Origin: Takakia lepidozioides
Taxonomy: Eukaryota > Plantae > Bryophyta
Assembly (NCBI GenBank): GCA_030704615.1
Contig: CM060733.1
Coordinates: 33,108,001 to 33,172,000, forward strand
DNA: 64,000 nucleotides
Direction of reading: 5' to 3'
Numbering within the stretch: the first letter of the stretch is position 1; the number at the start of each line of letters is the position of its first letter. Shown in pieces: positions 50,855 through 64,000 of the stretch. Made by a program: the position numbers and the translations under genes. A model generated the notes under the pieces. It had not been told where the DNA came from. It saw only the letters and a list, made by a program, of their open reading frames with translations, and did not search any database.

Positions 50855-51905
50855 CAGTGATACAACAAGAACAAATCCCATCTTGGAACGTGGTGCCAAC
50901 TTGTATAACAATTGCTCTCCCTACAATCTTAAGGGATGAACATCATAACAGTCACCACAGAACCCGAAGGTTGTTGATCCCGCTCCAGGGATCGGGCTGA
51001 TGTGCCCAAAAGCAATGGCCAGCTTCTCAATGTGGTGCCGAGCAAGTACCTTGTTCTCATCTTCTACAGCAAGTGATACAAAGCCCTTCGGGCACGTAGC
51101 CGACCTACCACATCTGCCCAGACAGTCTCCTTAGCTCAGCATGGATCTCAAAGCATGGATGCAAACTGTCTTTCACTAGAACAGATTTATGCACAGGGTT
51201 GTCTACCTCCATGCATGGCTCCTTTCTGACATGCCTGTCCGCCCTTGTTGTTCACCTTTGCACATTTGTGTGCATTTGCGATGCGTGTGCAAGCCTGGCA
51301 GCTCTGGCACATGGCTGCATGCAGAGAGAAGAGGAATGAAGGCAATACTGTCTGGCCTTTCTGCTGCATTTGTTCAAATAGTTGCAAAGCCTCCCTACCA
51401 CACCCATGCTGATCACGAATCATTTGTCTCATTGAGCCAGACACAGATTTGACACTCCCACATTTGGCATAAAAGCTCATAACAGCATCCTCTGCATGAG
51501 TATATGACAGAATTCCAGCTGTGATCTCAAAGTGGACCTCTTTTGCCCTTTCCAAATATTCCTATGGTGTCACAGGCATTGTGAACACAAATGAACGTGA
51601 CCATGTTCGGCATCGCCCTTTCTTGTTGCATTTCATCATACATCTTGAAAGCCACACCCATGGTTGAATTTTCCTATGATCAAGGTGTTCTGTGACATAA
51701 CTTGTTGAGCAATGTTGTGAAAGAGTAGCTCACATCCCTTCCGCATCCTCAACAGGGGTATTTTGGTTGATGTCGGCATGGGCCTCTTTGCCCTTTCCAA
51801 GACCTCAAGGCAAGCACACCCATTGAGAATGCAGTGAACATGTCATGTCGGGCGTCTGTTGCATGTGCTTACAGATCTCCAAAGCCTCCCTACCACAGTT
51901 GCATG
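50855..51905 (-). pseudogene. Degraded PPR-DYW paralogue directly downstream of the intact gene
   Basis: HHIEKLAIAFG, CGDC, FYAKCGS, EALQLFEQMQQ with frameshifts. Confidence 0.8.
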
Positions 51906-51912
51906 TTGCTTT

Positions 51913-54900
51913 TCACCAGTAATCCCCACAAGAACAAACCTCGTCTTGGAAGTGGTGAAAACGGTTGGCATCCCGTACAACAATTGCTCGATCAACAATC
52001 TTTGAGATGAACTTGGTTGCAGTGTGGCAGTCACCACACACCCTAAGGTTCTTGATGACACGGATAGGCGTACCAGGAGGTGTGCTGATCAACCCAAAAG
52101 CTATGGCCAGCTTCTCACTGTGGTGGCAAAGAGAAAGTTCTTTTTGCTCCTCCTCCACATCACGCAATACAAAGCGTGTGTCAGGCACATAACCGGCCTT
52201 CTTCATCTGCGCAGACAATCTCTTCAGTTCAGCATGAATTTTCTCAATTTGTGGATGCATTTTGTCTTCTCCAACAAATGCATGCACACAGTTGTCCACC
52301 TCAATGGAGCTGCGCCCTGGCTCCTTTCTGACACCTCTGTCCTGCATCATTGTTCTCACCTTTGCAGTATCATCCCACCTACCAACAGCAGCATAGGTGT
52401 TCGACAACAGAACATAAGTTGCAGCATCTTGTGGATCCCATGCGAGGAGGCATTGTGCAGCACGCTCTGCTACTTCCACATTGCCATGAATTCTGCAGGC
52501 TCCAAGCAAGGCCCTCCACACCGCAGCACCTGGTTCAATTGGCATTTTGTAAATAATATCTTCTGCATCATTCAATTTTCCTGCACGCCCAAGAAGGTCC
52601 ACCATGCAGCCAAAATGCTCCACTGTAGGTGCGAGGCCAGGATCTTGACTCATGTAGTTAAAATAGTAACGGCCTTCATCAACTAAACCCACATGGCTAC
52701 ATGCAGAGAGAACACATATAAAGGTGATACCATCCGGCTTCAAGTCCTCCTGTCGCATTTGTTCAAATAGGTGCAGGGCCTCGCTACCATACCCATGCTG
52801 AGCATAACCTGCGATCATGGCATTCCACGAAACCACATCTTGTTTAGCCATACTGTTGAACACTTCATGTGCATCCTTTACGCTACCACATTTGGCATAC
52901 ATGTTAACTAAGGTATTCTGCAAATTAACATCTGGGGCGATTCCAGCGTTGATGATGTCAGCATGGACCTCCTTGCCCTTTTCTAAGGCTGCTAGGCGGG
53001 CACACGCATTGAGAACACAAATGAAGGTGATCTTGTCAGGCGTTGCCCTTTCTGGTATCATTTGTCCATAAATCTCGAAGGCCTCCCTACCAAACCCATG
53101 CTGAGCATATCCTGCTATCATTGCATTCCATGAGACCACATTTCGATGAGCCATACTATCAAACACTTGTCGGGCATCCTTCATGTTCCCACATTTGGCA
53201 TACATGTCAACAAGGGCAGTCTGAAGAACAATATCTGGAGCAATCCCAGCTCTGATAATGTCAGCATGGATTTCTTTCCCCTTGTCCAGGGCTGCCAGGC
53301 TGGCACATGCATGGACTACACAAATATATGTGACCTTGTCAGGCTTGACCCCTTCTCGTATCATTTGGTCGTAAATCTCAAAAGCCTTACCACCACACCT
53401 GCATTGAGCGTATCCTGTTATCATTGCACTCCAGGAGACCACATCATGTTGAGCCATATCATCGAACACTTGTTGTGCACTCGTCATGTTCCCACATTTA
53501 GCATACATATCCACAAGGGCAGTTTCCAGAATGATATCTTGCTCAATTCCAGCTTTGAGGATGTCAGCATGGACCATTTTGCCTTTTTCCAGGGCTGAAA
53601 GGCTGGCACATGCATTAATAACGCAAATGAATGTGACCTTGTCGGGTGTCATCCCTTCCCGTATCATTTGCTCATACAGCTCGAAAGCCTCCCTACCACC
53701 CCCTTGTTGAGCATATCCAGCAATTATTGCATTCCATGAGACCACATTTCGTCGAGACATACTGTTGAACACTTGATGTGCATCCCTTATGCTCCCGCAT
53801 TTGGCATACATGTCAACAAGAGTATTCTCCAAATTTATGTATGACGCAATTCCAGCTTTCACAACATTAGCATGGACCTCTTTTCCCTTTTCCAGGGCTC
53901 CCAGACTTGCACACGCATTGAGAACTGAAATGAATGTGACCATGTTGGGTTTTACGCCTTCCAATATCATTTGCTCATACATCTCAAAAGCCTCCCTTTC
54001 ACAACCATGCTGAGCATATCCTGCAATCATAGCATTCCATGAGACCACATCTCGTTGAGCCATATTGTTGAATATTTGATATGCATCCTTCATGTTTCCG
54101 CATTTGGCATACATGGCGGCAAGGGCAGTCTCCAGAATGATATCTGGTGCAATTCCAGCCTTGATAATGTGAGCATGGACCTCTTTGCCCTTTTCGATGG
54201 CTCCTAGGCTGGCACATGCTTTGAGAACACAAATGAACGTTATGTTGTCAGGCGTCACCCCTTCCCTTGTCATTTGTTGATAAATCTCGAAAGCCTCCCT
54301 TCCACACCCATGCTTTGCATATCCTGCCATCATTATGGTCCATGTGAACACATCACGTTCAGCCATTTTGTCGAAAACTAGGCGTGCATCCACCACACTC
54401 CTGCACTTGGCATACATGTTGACAAGGGTGTTGAGTACAAGGATGTTTGGGTTGAGCCCGCTTTGAATAATGTGGGTGTGCACCTGCTTCCCAATTTCAA
54501 GGTCTTCAACTTTGATGCACTCCCGCAAGAGACGGACGTAAGTAGTGGAGTCTGGGGAAATGCCTTCTTGGCTCATAATATGCAGTGCCTCTTTCAGTTG
54601 TCCTGTCTTACAAAGTGTTGTCACATCCCCACGAATGCCAGAAGAGCTATTGATGACGTCCTCTCTTTCTCCTCTTTCAGAAGAAGAGATAATGGTGGAA
54701 GTGCCAGATCGGAACACTTGCGTTTGATTGGACGCTGCCATCCTGCAAGACTTGAACCTATTACAAACCATACATCTCAAAAGTTCGTCAAAGCTACAAA
54801 GAGAGATTTCTCCATGAGGACTTGCTTTGCTACATAGTAGCAGGATTTCAAAATTGCTGCTGTCATCTATTTTGAGAATAAAATTTATCAATTTGATTGG

Positions 54901-55519
54901 AACCTTGTTACCATTAAAACCATACCCATTGTAATCTCGATGTGGAGCTCTGGGCCACGTATTTACAATAAAAGCATTCCCCCATTGTGCTTGACCTGCA
55001 GCTAGGTCTGCTCTCAGCAGAAGCGTGTTTGCTGCAACCTCAATCCAAAATAACTCGTTTGTGCCCTTATGTCTGAAATGTGGTGATCTTGGACTTCTCT
55101 GTAGAAACAGCCAGTGGGCAGCTGAGCAGCCACAGCTTAGGTACAGCCTTGTGTAGACCAGACTATATCCACTAGTAAAGCTGTAAACATCTTACAAGTG
55201 ACAGGGAACAACCTTGAGTAACCTACTTAAAAGGAAATAAAGGAGGAAACTGTGGAAGCAAGTGCCAACAGTGTCTCTTCATCCCATAGGTCTATCGCAT
55301 CCCTTTGGAGGAACAAGGAAGAATAACCCCATGTCAGCAACAACAAGATTAAGTTTTGCTGCTTTTTCAGGAAAATAAGTTCAATTGCACATCTCCTCCC
55401 CTAATTCTTTCACGTACTAGATGAACATAGCCTCACCTTTTCACACCTGTTGTCCCACCACTGCGAAGATTCTGAGAAAAACTCCTGCCAGAGCCGTTCT
55501 GTGCTTATTGCTTCACTTG
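51913..55519 (-). CDS. PLS-class PPR-E-DYW (PG-type) organellar C-to-U editing factor with an N-terminal PDF-like motif; true start unresolved
   Basis: Long regular PLS array, PG box KEPGRSSIEV, HSEKLA, CGDC, terminal DYW; upstream exons 55519-55437 and 55098-54926 splice in frame. Confidence 0.93.
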
Positions 55520-56338
55520 CTGCAAACACCAATGAAACATACATTCTTAGCAGCTCCTAATTTTGACCAATGCTAGTGTCCAGAAAAACAAACTCTCTCT
55601 GCACTGAAATCAAACTGCAATCACAGCCCATGTGTCACATCTGTACCCCATTTGGACTAGAGCAGCAGTGCTGGAAGCGACATTTTGTTTTCTAGATGCG
55701 AGCCCTTACATCAACTTCACACCCAATGTAAGGAGTACCCCCTCTCCAATGCAATGAAGGAATGAAAATATGATAGGTTCAAATCTCGAAAGCTACTTAA
55801 CGAGCTGATGGAAGCAGGACAAGGTGACGATTGCATTCACATGGGTGAAGGACAACATCGACTCTCCAAAAACCCAAAACCTCTGTCTGTTTGCCTGTGC
55901 CTTTCATTTGGATTCTAGGGAGAACTAGGAGACCATGAGAATTTCTGCCGGTTTTCTCTTGAGCTTCCGGATAGGGGCGGCAGGAAAAACCATCTTTTCA
56001 TTCTGATGAACTTTTGTGGGAAATAGTCAATTTTAGCCGTAACTTAGTCTACTTTCGTAACGTTCACAAAAAAGACAGGTTCTTGGTAGGCAGTCCCCAA
56101 AAGCAAGCAGCACCCAATGGACTGTGGACGTGTGTTCCGCCTCAAAAAGCTGCCTTCTCTCTCGCGCGGGTCTCGTTCCAGATTTGTAGGCTAGCGGAGT
56201 TGTGCAAACCAGAGGTTTAGCGCTGGAAAGTGTGTCGGGTTCGTGAATTCGCAAAGTTTCCGAGTAGGAGGGGGTGAGGGGATCCTGTAACCGGAAGTGT
56301 TTTATTTTTTGGTGTGTGTGTGAGGGTGGGTGATAGAT

Positions 56339-56785
56339 ATGCCGGGGCTTGTGAGGCAGTCGAGAGAGCGAGAAGGCGACATATTTGATTCATCTGTCAA
56401 CCTTGAGGGCTCACATTTTCAACAAGGATTTGAAGATGGATACAGGGATGGAGTTGAAGCAGGCAAGCTTGAGGGCAGAGAGGTGGGTTTGAAAACTGGG
56501 TTTGAGCTTGGAGAAGAGATTGGTTTCTACCGCGGTTGCATAGACATGTGGAAAGCAGCGCTTGAGAAACAAGCGGATGTATTCTCCGCGCGGGCGCAGC
56601 GAAGCATTCGAGTGTTTGACGAGCAACTGCAAGCATACCCTCTCTTGAATCCGCAAGACGAAAGATTACAAGATCTGCTGGACGCTATTCGGGCCAAGTT
56701 TCGGGCTATCATGTCCATGCTGTCAATTCATCTGGAGTATGAGGGTTACCCCAACCCTAACGTTGCAGGAGACTCGTCTTTCTGA
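56339..56785 (+). CDS. LTO1/ORAOV1-like (Yae1_N deca-GX3) protein
   Basis: GFEDGYRDGVEAGKLEGREVGLKTGFELGEEIGFYRG; IRAKFR near the C-terminus. Confidence 0.85.
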   Translation: MPGLVRQSREREGDIFDSSVNLEGSHFQQGFEDGYRDGVEAGKLEGREVGLKTGFELGEEIGFYRGCIDMWKAALEKQADVFSARAQRSIRVFDEQLQAYPLLNPQDERLQDLLDAIRAKFRAIMSMLSIHLEYEGYPNPNVAGDSSF

Positions 56786-57040
56786 GAGTGTGGTGGACTG
56801 GGTTTTTGTCTCACAGAGTATAGGACGACACTTGCTCCACTAGTTTAGATATAGATACTAGTTACCCCTTACTCGAAAAGCCACAAGGGTATGAACTTCT
56901 GATATAGCGGTTTCGCAAGGGCGCAGGGAACAACAAGCTGGTCAGAGTGTGTGTGAGACAGAGGTAGGGAAGAGAAGGCTTTGTGTATGTGGGAGTACAG
57001 TTGATTCATCCAGGCATCAGTGTCAACAAGCATATAGAAA

Positions 57041-57436
57041 ATGGCGCAAGCAGGCAGAGGGGCGGGGATTGGGACACAGACTTTGCAGTTGCAAGAGTCA
57101 GACTCCTCGCAGCCAGTGCCGCAGGTGGAAACAATAACTTTGCGTCTGGCTCCCCGCAAGAACAAGAAAAAGAAAGTGACATGGCAGGCGGGCACGGTAG
57201 ATAACGAGCTTATGGAGAAGAGAAAGTCCAAAAAATGTTGCATCTTTCATAAGGAAGACTCGATGGAAGACAGTGACAGCGACGATGAGGGTGGGGGGGT
57301 TAAGGGGAAAGGAAAGGAGCACCACCATCACCATCACCATCACTGTGATGCTGAGGAGGACGACGACCACAACGATGCTGGAGCGCATGTAGGCCAGGCT
57401 CAGGAAGATGGAGCAATATGTAGTCTACAGCAATAA
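57041..57436 (+). CDS. INH3: Protein phosphatase 1 inhibitor-3 (Ypi1/PPP1R11 family)
   Basis: KKKVTW (RVxF-type) ..VDNE.MEKRKSKKCCIFHK. Confidence 0.9.
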   Translation: MAQAGRGAGIGTQTLQLQESDSSQPVPQVETITLRLAPRKNKKKKVTWQAGTVDNELMEKRKSKKCCIFHKEDSMEDSDSDDEGGGVKGKGKEHHHHHHHHCDAEEDDDHNDAGAHVGQAQEDGAICSLQQ

Positions 57437-58729
57437 GAATCTGCTCTTTGTGGCGTTGAGCTGTGAACCGGCCTAGAGATTTTCCTGGTTAGTTTGGAAA
57501 GGTCCAGGTATCTGCAAGATGGCCAGGATAGCCCTACCCTAATTGTTCATAGCTGCAAATTCAGCGACTATTACAGTAGAAGTAGGTCTGTAGAATGACC
57601 CTCCATTTCAGAAGGGTGGAGAGTTTGATTTCCCAGTTGGAAAGCTGGTCAGTAATGGCAAGAAGCTGGAGAAGAAATGAACTCATTGCAAGCCTGGTAG
57701 GGACTTGGGTATGGGGAAGTGAACCTTGCACATGTATACTTCTTACTAAGATTATGGCACAGGGACTTTTCTCTGGGGAAGATTGAAATGGTGTGTGAGG
57801 ATGCTCAGTTTGTCTGTCTTTGTCAGGTTTGCTGGAGACTCCCAGTTTGTCAATTTGACTACAACAAGAAACAGAGGTTGCACCTTTGGTCATCTTGCAC
57901 TTCTGGTGCATCAGTACTACCTTGTGCTGAGAGGTTTGTGTTAACAGATGGTGATATCTCTGGTACTAAATGAACCATTCATATTGTGTTTTTTTTTTTT
58001 TGGAAAAGAGGGGATGGAGGCCCTGCCCCCTCATGTTGTTGATTCTCACATGTGACTATCCTGACATGATAACATCTGCAAATGCACCCCTCTTGAACAA
58101 CAGAAACCAGCAGCAGAGCTGTTGAATGTTCCAGCAAAGATTTCTGTAGAAGGGGACCGGATCTGGACAGGTACTGTGCCTCACAATTAAGTTTCTCAAA
58201 CTTCAATAGTTCATGCTTTGCCACAGCTTTGCAGGGCTTCATTTGAAATATATGGACCTAGCCAGTAACAATTGCAATTTATTTCTGTGTCATTAAGATC
58301 TGAACCCCCCAAATACCAAACCACCTCCAAGCAGGTCAGTGCAGGCTGAATAAAGATATATGTGTATTCATCTGTCAGAGGCAAATGCGTTGCGAATTAG
58401 GGAGAGTAAAAGTCTGGAGATTTGAGAACAAAGACTATCAATTAAAGATTTAAAAAGTCTTGACACTCAGACAAGCCTGCCTTTCAACCCCAATTGCTTG
58501 TTTGCAATGCCTCAAAGTTCCCACATTTGGATATTTGTGACCAATAAGATCACTCACCACATAACATAAACTTCTATCGTACTTTCTCATCTGATGAAGT
58601 TTTGTGGTTCCTTCACCCACAGTGGCTGCTGGCTGCATGCGTTCCGGTGAGGGGCATGCCCTCTAGACCACAAAAGGCTGCTTCTTGAGCATGCAGACCA
58701 ACAGAGTGAGAGTTGCCATGATTGAGGTT

Positions 58730-61700
58730 TCAACTCTTCCGCAACTTGAACTTGGACACGGGTCGGTTCTGCGATGTCTCCATATCCTGAAAGGATCCAA
58801 CATAAGCCTTGCAGTTTTGTACAGTTCTATGGCAGGTTTTATTGTAAGTTGGACCAAAGGCTTGTCTACCCAAGTCTCACTTGCCCTCCAGCAAATGAAA
58901 TAAAAGCCTCATCATCAGCATTGTGTTACTTCCCTCCTTTTCCATGAGCATCAACTCTTTCAAGAAAAGTGTAACGCTCTTTCATTTCTTTTCGAAGTTT
59001 TGTCATTCGTGAACATGAGGTGTAGGTGGTTGAGAAGAGTGCATGGTGAAGTAAAACTTACTGGGAAAACAGGTGGCACAGGCAGATCTCCAACACTGCG
59101 CTCCATTACAGCTCCAGTGAAGGCCTGTCCAAACCAGACCCCAGACACACGCTTGTTGAGTTTTCAAATAAATTTTCCTAAAACAGAAGTTTGTTTCTTG
59201 ACACATCAACTGCCTCAATAACAGCCACCATATAGAAGCTCATGCCCACAGGTTGATGTGTATGTGTGCAAGTGTACTCTTAAGACAACGTTTGCTACAG
59301 CCATATGGTGGAAAAGAGACTACTCATGAGACATCATTTGCTATAGCCTTGTGGCGAAACATTGCCAGTTAGGGCGGAAGAAGAGGGAAGTGGGACTTGA
59401 CTTGGTGTAAACAATTGGCTCGGGCTTTCCAGATTTCCCTAGAAATCCCTTCACACAAGCAACAATCTGTGTGTGAGCTGCCCATCAATTAGACCCCAAC
59501 AAGGCCAGGGCTTTAAGGCTCAGCCTTGAGACTTGAAAGTTGGTGAACAGAGGTACAGGGACTATGTTCTTGATGGTCCTGAAGAGGGTCGCTCTCTGAT
59601 GAGAATACCCCGGACATTGTATCAGAAGATGGATATTGTGTGTGTGTGGGATGGAGAGAATGTACTCACGCCGTTCCTTGGCTTGCCATAGCCTTACAGC
59701 CATTGACCCCGACCCTCTCGGAGCCTTTTGTGGGGTGCGCACCCACCAGGGTTTTTGGGGAGACAGAGAGGGAATGTACTCATAAGACGTTGATTGCCGT
59801 AGCCTTGTGGCCATTGACCCCACGCCTAGTTTGAGCGGAACACAAAGGGACAGAAACTACCTTTGTCAGGGGACGCCGGTAGTATGACTTACCTTGGAAC
59901 AGACAATTGAGAGAGAGAGAGATTGTACTCATAAGACGTTGTTTGCCGTAGCCTTGTGGCCATTGACCCCGCGCCCAGTTTGAGCGGGAACAAAAGGGAC
60001 AGAACCTACCTCTGTCAGGGGCTGACGTTGGTAGTAAGACTTACCTCCATATAAAGAATTAATCCGGGTTTTCCAGATATCCTCTAGAAATCCCTTCACA
60101 CAAGCATCAATCTGCTGTGTGTGATTTGCCCAAAAACTAGGCCTCAGGAGGGCCTGGGCTTTTGGCTCAGCCTCGAGACTTTCAAAGTTGGTAAACAGGG
60201 GTACAGGCACAATTCCCTTAATAGATTTGAAGAGAGCATCTCTTTGGTGAAAACCCCGGACAGTGTATCAGAAAATGAATACTGTCTTCAGATTGCCCAC
60301 ACAACGGGCAATTGCACTCTCCCTTTCCTCTCTGCTTCTGTTTGCTGTTCAAAGGTAGGCTTCCTGCCCTGAGTTTAAATTTCAGTCTAGTGCCGAGAGT
60401 GGGAAGACCCTTGAGGTCATCCAAGATGTCCTCCCCCATGTCACAGACTGGAAACAAGTTCAGGGAAGTTTTCTGCCTAACAATCTCATGGCAACAGACA
60501 TGGCTGAGGACACTACAGCCTCTAAGTCAGATTTATCCAGCAGGGTCAAGACTTACGGATCCAGGTCCAGGTCCTTGAGGATCTCTTCTACTCTCTTCTG
60601 CCAGGACTTAGCCTGTTTGACAGGGCGGTCCTGTTTCCAAGATATAGAGTCGATTAACTTAGGATATCTGGTGTTGGGCATATGTTGCAGCTGACCCCAC
60701 CATCTGACCTTGAATTCATCTCGTCGGGAGCTTAAGGACGGAATGCCAAACTCACCCCGAACAGCCACATTGCCTGTTTTGGAGCATGCTGACATACACT
60801 CCGTCATCCGCAAACATAAGGGCTGGTATGGTGGTATCACCCACCCTTAACCCAAATCCCTCACTTTCCACATCCTCGAGGAGTTGATTGATGAAAACAT
60901 TGAAGAGCAGAGGGGAGAGAGTACATCCTTGAGCTACACCTTGGTCTATGTCAAAGAAGTTGGACTTCTGTCCGTTAACAGTGACACAGCTTTTGGTGTG
61001 AGCCAACTCTCCACATCTTTCCCTTGATCCCACAAGACCAGAGGCGGAACCATAGGCCATCTCTCCACACTGTGTCATAAGCCTTTTTGACATCCAGGAA
61101 AAAGACATAAGTGGGTTTCCCTTCTTTTTTCCTTCCCTGGATAATCTGGCTTAGAGTGAAGATATGATCCACACAGCCCCTGTTTCGCCGAAAGCCAGCT
61201 TGGCCTTCGTGGAAACAACCTCTAGACTCCAGATCAACCTCGAGACGAGTACTTATAACTCTGCAGAATGTCTTGCCAACAGCATTGAGGAGCGTCATGC
61301 CACGGTAGTTCCCCGGTTCTTCTCTGTCAGCCATTGAAATATACTCCAGTTCATCAGGGCTGTTTTGAATCATAGGAACAGTTTTTCTCACTGTGTCCCT
61401 CCATTCAGCAGAAGACCCCTCACTGTTAGACCTAGAAGTTCTGCCAAGGATACTGTAGTGAGTTTCAGAGGTTTTGACAATGTCAACCGATGAAGTCACC
61501 ACTGCACCTTTAGTAGTCTTCAGCGCTTGTACTTGCTGACCGTTTTTCGGCTTGTACAAACGTTGAAGGGCCAACCAGAATTTCTTGTCATTACCACCAT
61601 GGTGGTTTGAGTTTATTTCACTGTATAACTTGTCCCAGTATAATTTCTTCTGAGACCTAACAAGCTGATTGATATCTTTACGGAGCTGGTAGTACCTCGC

Positions 61701-61993
61701 CCACAATTCTCTGTTGGTTTCCAAATTGCAGCACTCTTTCTAGAGGGCTCGCCTCTCAGCTATCTTGAGTTTAATCTCATTAGTCCACCAATTAACTGCT
61801 CTACCGCAGACAATTAGTTTCCTCCCAATGATCTTGTCAGCCACGGAGGAATCGAAACTCTCCCAAGAGTCCACTGCTCTTTCGACTTCGTTAACAGAGC
61901 GTGAATGAAGTTCTTGGAGCAATCGAACGTTTCACAGATCTCTTGGTGGTGGGAAAACACCTTTTGATCTTAGTCCAAACCAGGAAGTGGTCA

Positions 61994-62025
<32 letters not shown>

Positions 62026-63562
62026 CCCGATGCTGTGGTGTGGGCTCTCTGTTGGTGGGAGGCCGGGGGGGAAGCTGATTCCGAACAGCAGAAGCACCTG
62101 ATGTCCCCTTCTCGTATGCATTAAGTTGCCATGCTACGGTGACCCCTTGAGCACTACCTGCTCCATCCTTTTCAAACAGAACACTTCCTTCCTTTCTTGT
62201 ATGTAACCTGTTCTCTTGCCAGTTAGATTCATGGGTAGAGGGCGATGATGCCAAGCTGGTCCTTCCCCTGGCATTCTGTGGCACTATTCTGCTAGTACTT
62301 GCAATGTCTGGCAAGCTTCCTCTCATGCTTCCATTTTCCAAGTACTCCTCAAACTCCTCATCAACATCACCATGTTTGGAGTTATTTTCGTCCCCATCGT
62401 CTGAGTCAAGCTGTAATCTTTGGGTAACCATCTCAAGTTCGTCATCTTCATCATCTTCACTGTCCATGTTGTCAGCCTCAGCCATCTCGAGTTCAACCAG
62501 GCGTGCCATTATTCTATCATGTTCAGCATCATCATTGGAGTTCCCTTCCCCTGAAAGCATTTCACACGTCCTCATGAAACAGTCCTTCTAGTGACACACT
62601 TTTGGCCATGAGAGTTTAATAGAAGTTCTTGTGATCAAATCGAATGTGAGTAACTCATTTGTTGTTATACCATGCATGTTTCATTTTGATGATTAGTTGT
62701 GATAGTACATGCCAAAGATTAAACATACCTGCTGAGCTGGCAACTATGGAGTCTCTTCGCTGGTAGGGGACAGGTGGCGCCACATACTCCTCTCTAATTT
62801 CAACAACACCACCCTGCCACCCCGCATTATCCTACCGTAAGTCAGGGACTGTATTTATTCTGTGAAAGACTATTTAGTACCAGCTTTAGATTGAGAGATC
62901 CTCTGCAACCAGACCACAGATGCTCCACTGACACTGGGAGAATTATCGGTTGCCCAAGCAAAGTTAAGCCTTCTTGGCGAGCCTTCACCTGAAAGATCTG
63001 TGGACTGCTTAATGTTAGCCAAAACCCTTCTTCTACCAGTAAAATTTGCCATGAAGAATCTTAGGGCTTGGGCAAAAACCTGAGAAAATCCAACACGTGG
63101 TCTCTTGTACAAAAAAGTGTACAGAGAAGCACCCCTTCATCATAAGACAATGTTTACTGTTGTCACTTTCATGCCCCCCAAAGTGGCCAGATTGGTTCTC
63201 TATTTGGCAGATGAACTAACTACTGAAGCTTATCAGTCCACTTGTGGGCATCAGCTTGTTCACTTTTAAGTAGCATTTCCCATCCTGTATTCCCTGATCC
63301 TAACCTCATTCTTTTGCACAAAATTCATAAGAGGAGACATGCAAGCAAGAAGCCGCCCCCTTACCGTTCAATTAATAAGGCAATACCCTACTGGCGACCA
63401 GTGGTTACGTCACTCTCTTCAAACAATGCAGCCTTACAAGGCTGGCATTTGTTACTGGAACCAGTAGGTCCAATGACACATGAGACGAGAGAAAAGACAA
63501 CGAAGATAATTTACACATCCACAGGTGACTAGAGAGCCATGGAACAATGCAGAACTTGAGAG

Positions 63563-63597
<35 letters not shown>

Positions 63598-63770
63598 TAC
63601 TGCAGCTTCAGCAGCAGTGTTGCTGGCAAAGGAAGCCTCCGCTTGGAGGTCAGCTATATGGGCATTGATAGCTTCAATCTTGGATTGCAGAAACTCACCT
63701 CGCCTCTCTAGTATTTCAACTGCTTGTTTTGCAGAACGCTCTGCATAGTAGCCCTCTCCCAACAGAACCT
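58730..63770 (-). CDS. URI1: URI/RMP unconventional prefoldin RPB5 interactor; 5' exons lie beyond the window
   Basis: VLLGEGYYAERSAKQAVEILERR, VEIREE, acidic exon, AFTGAVMER (59124-59062), last exon PVSKFKLRKS* (58786-58730). Confidence 0.85.
59270..61990 (-). mobile_element. 5'-truncated LINE (RT plus CCHC knuckle) with extra 3'-end copies, inside a URI intron (62026-59125)
   Basis: QAGFRRNRGCVDHIF, FLDVKKAYDTV, GVAQGCTLSPLLF, FADD, CPLC..HFLIHCP; frameshifted. Confidence 0.9.
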
Positions 63771-64000
63771 GAGCTATGACCACCATCATCACGGCAAACA
63801 AAATCCCATCCGGTAAGTCCCAACATCCAAGTCCCTCTCTCCGTACCCCTTTTTCCCCTCCTTGTCAAAACAGGTCTTTCCGTTGTAAGTTGCACGAGGA
63901 ATGTAGTTATCCCCCACCCTCTATCTTTCGCCTCTGCCTGCCTACTCTCTTTACCAACTTGGAGGGATTTGATCATTCGAGTTCCAAAGTGCAACCTCAC

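Noticed and set aside
52024-54837. Plus-strand ORFs over the DYW gene and the PPR arrays
   Set aside because: Antisense shadows of PPR coding sequence

Overview
Nuclear DNA of a non-seed land plant, probably a bryophyte (inferred from abundant PLS/DYW PPR genes, GT-AG introns and a plant U2 promoter). The first ~40 kb is a stack of nested transposons and decayed PPR genes. The last ~23 kb holds ordinary genes: AZG purine permease, U2 snRNA, an intact DYW editing factor, LTO1-like, PP1 inhibitor-3 and URI with an intronic LINE. The main discovery is a 15,352-bp Mutator-type element (19362-34713; perfect 9-bp TSD GTGCAGCAC, TIRs). It carries a GCM/WRKY-DDE-SWIM transposase and, divergently, an intron-containing gene fusing a ParB/Srx-like domain to a beta-class N4C/N6A DNA methyltransferase fold. 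It also has a head-to-head pair of unknown paralogues and about 45 copies of a 22-bp palindrome, about 31 of them phased at ~53 bp. The element has inserted into the methyltransferase gene of an older relative with the same layout but a different palindrome. This suggests a family of MULEs with co-evolving protein/palindrome modules. Also notable are a Pack-CACTA filled with PPR fragments and PPR-DYW genes fused to an OSB-type PDF motif. All calls come from reading the sequence by eye; no database searches were run.
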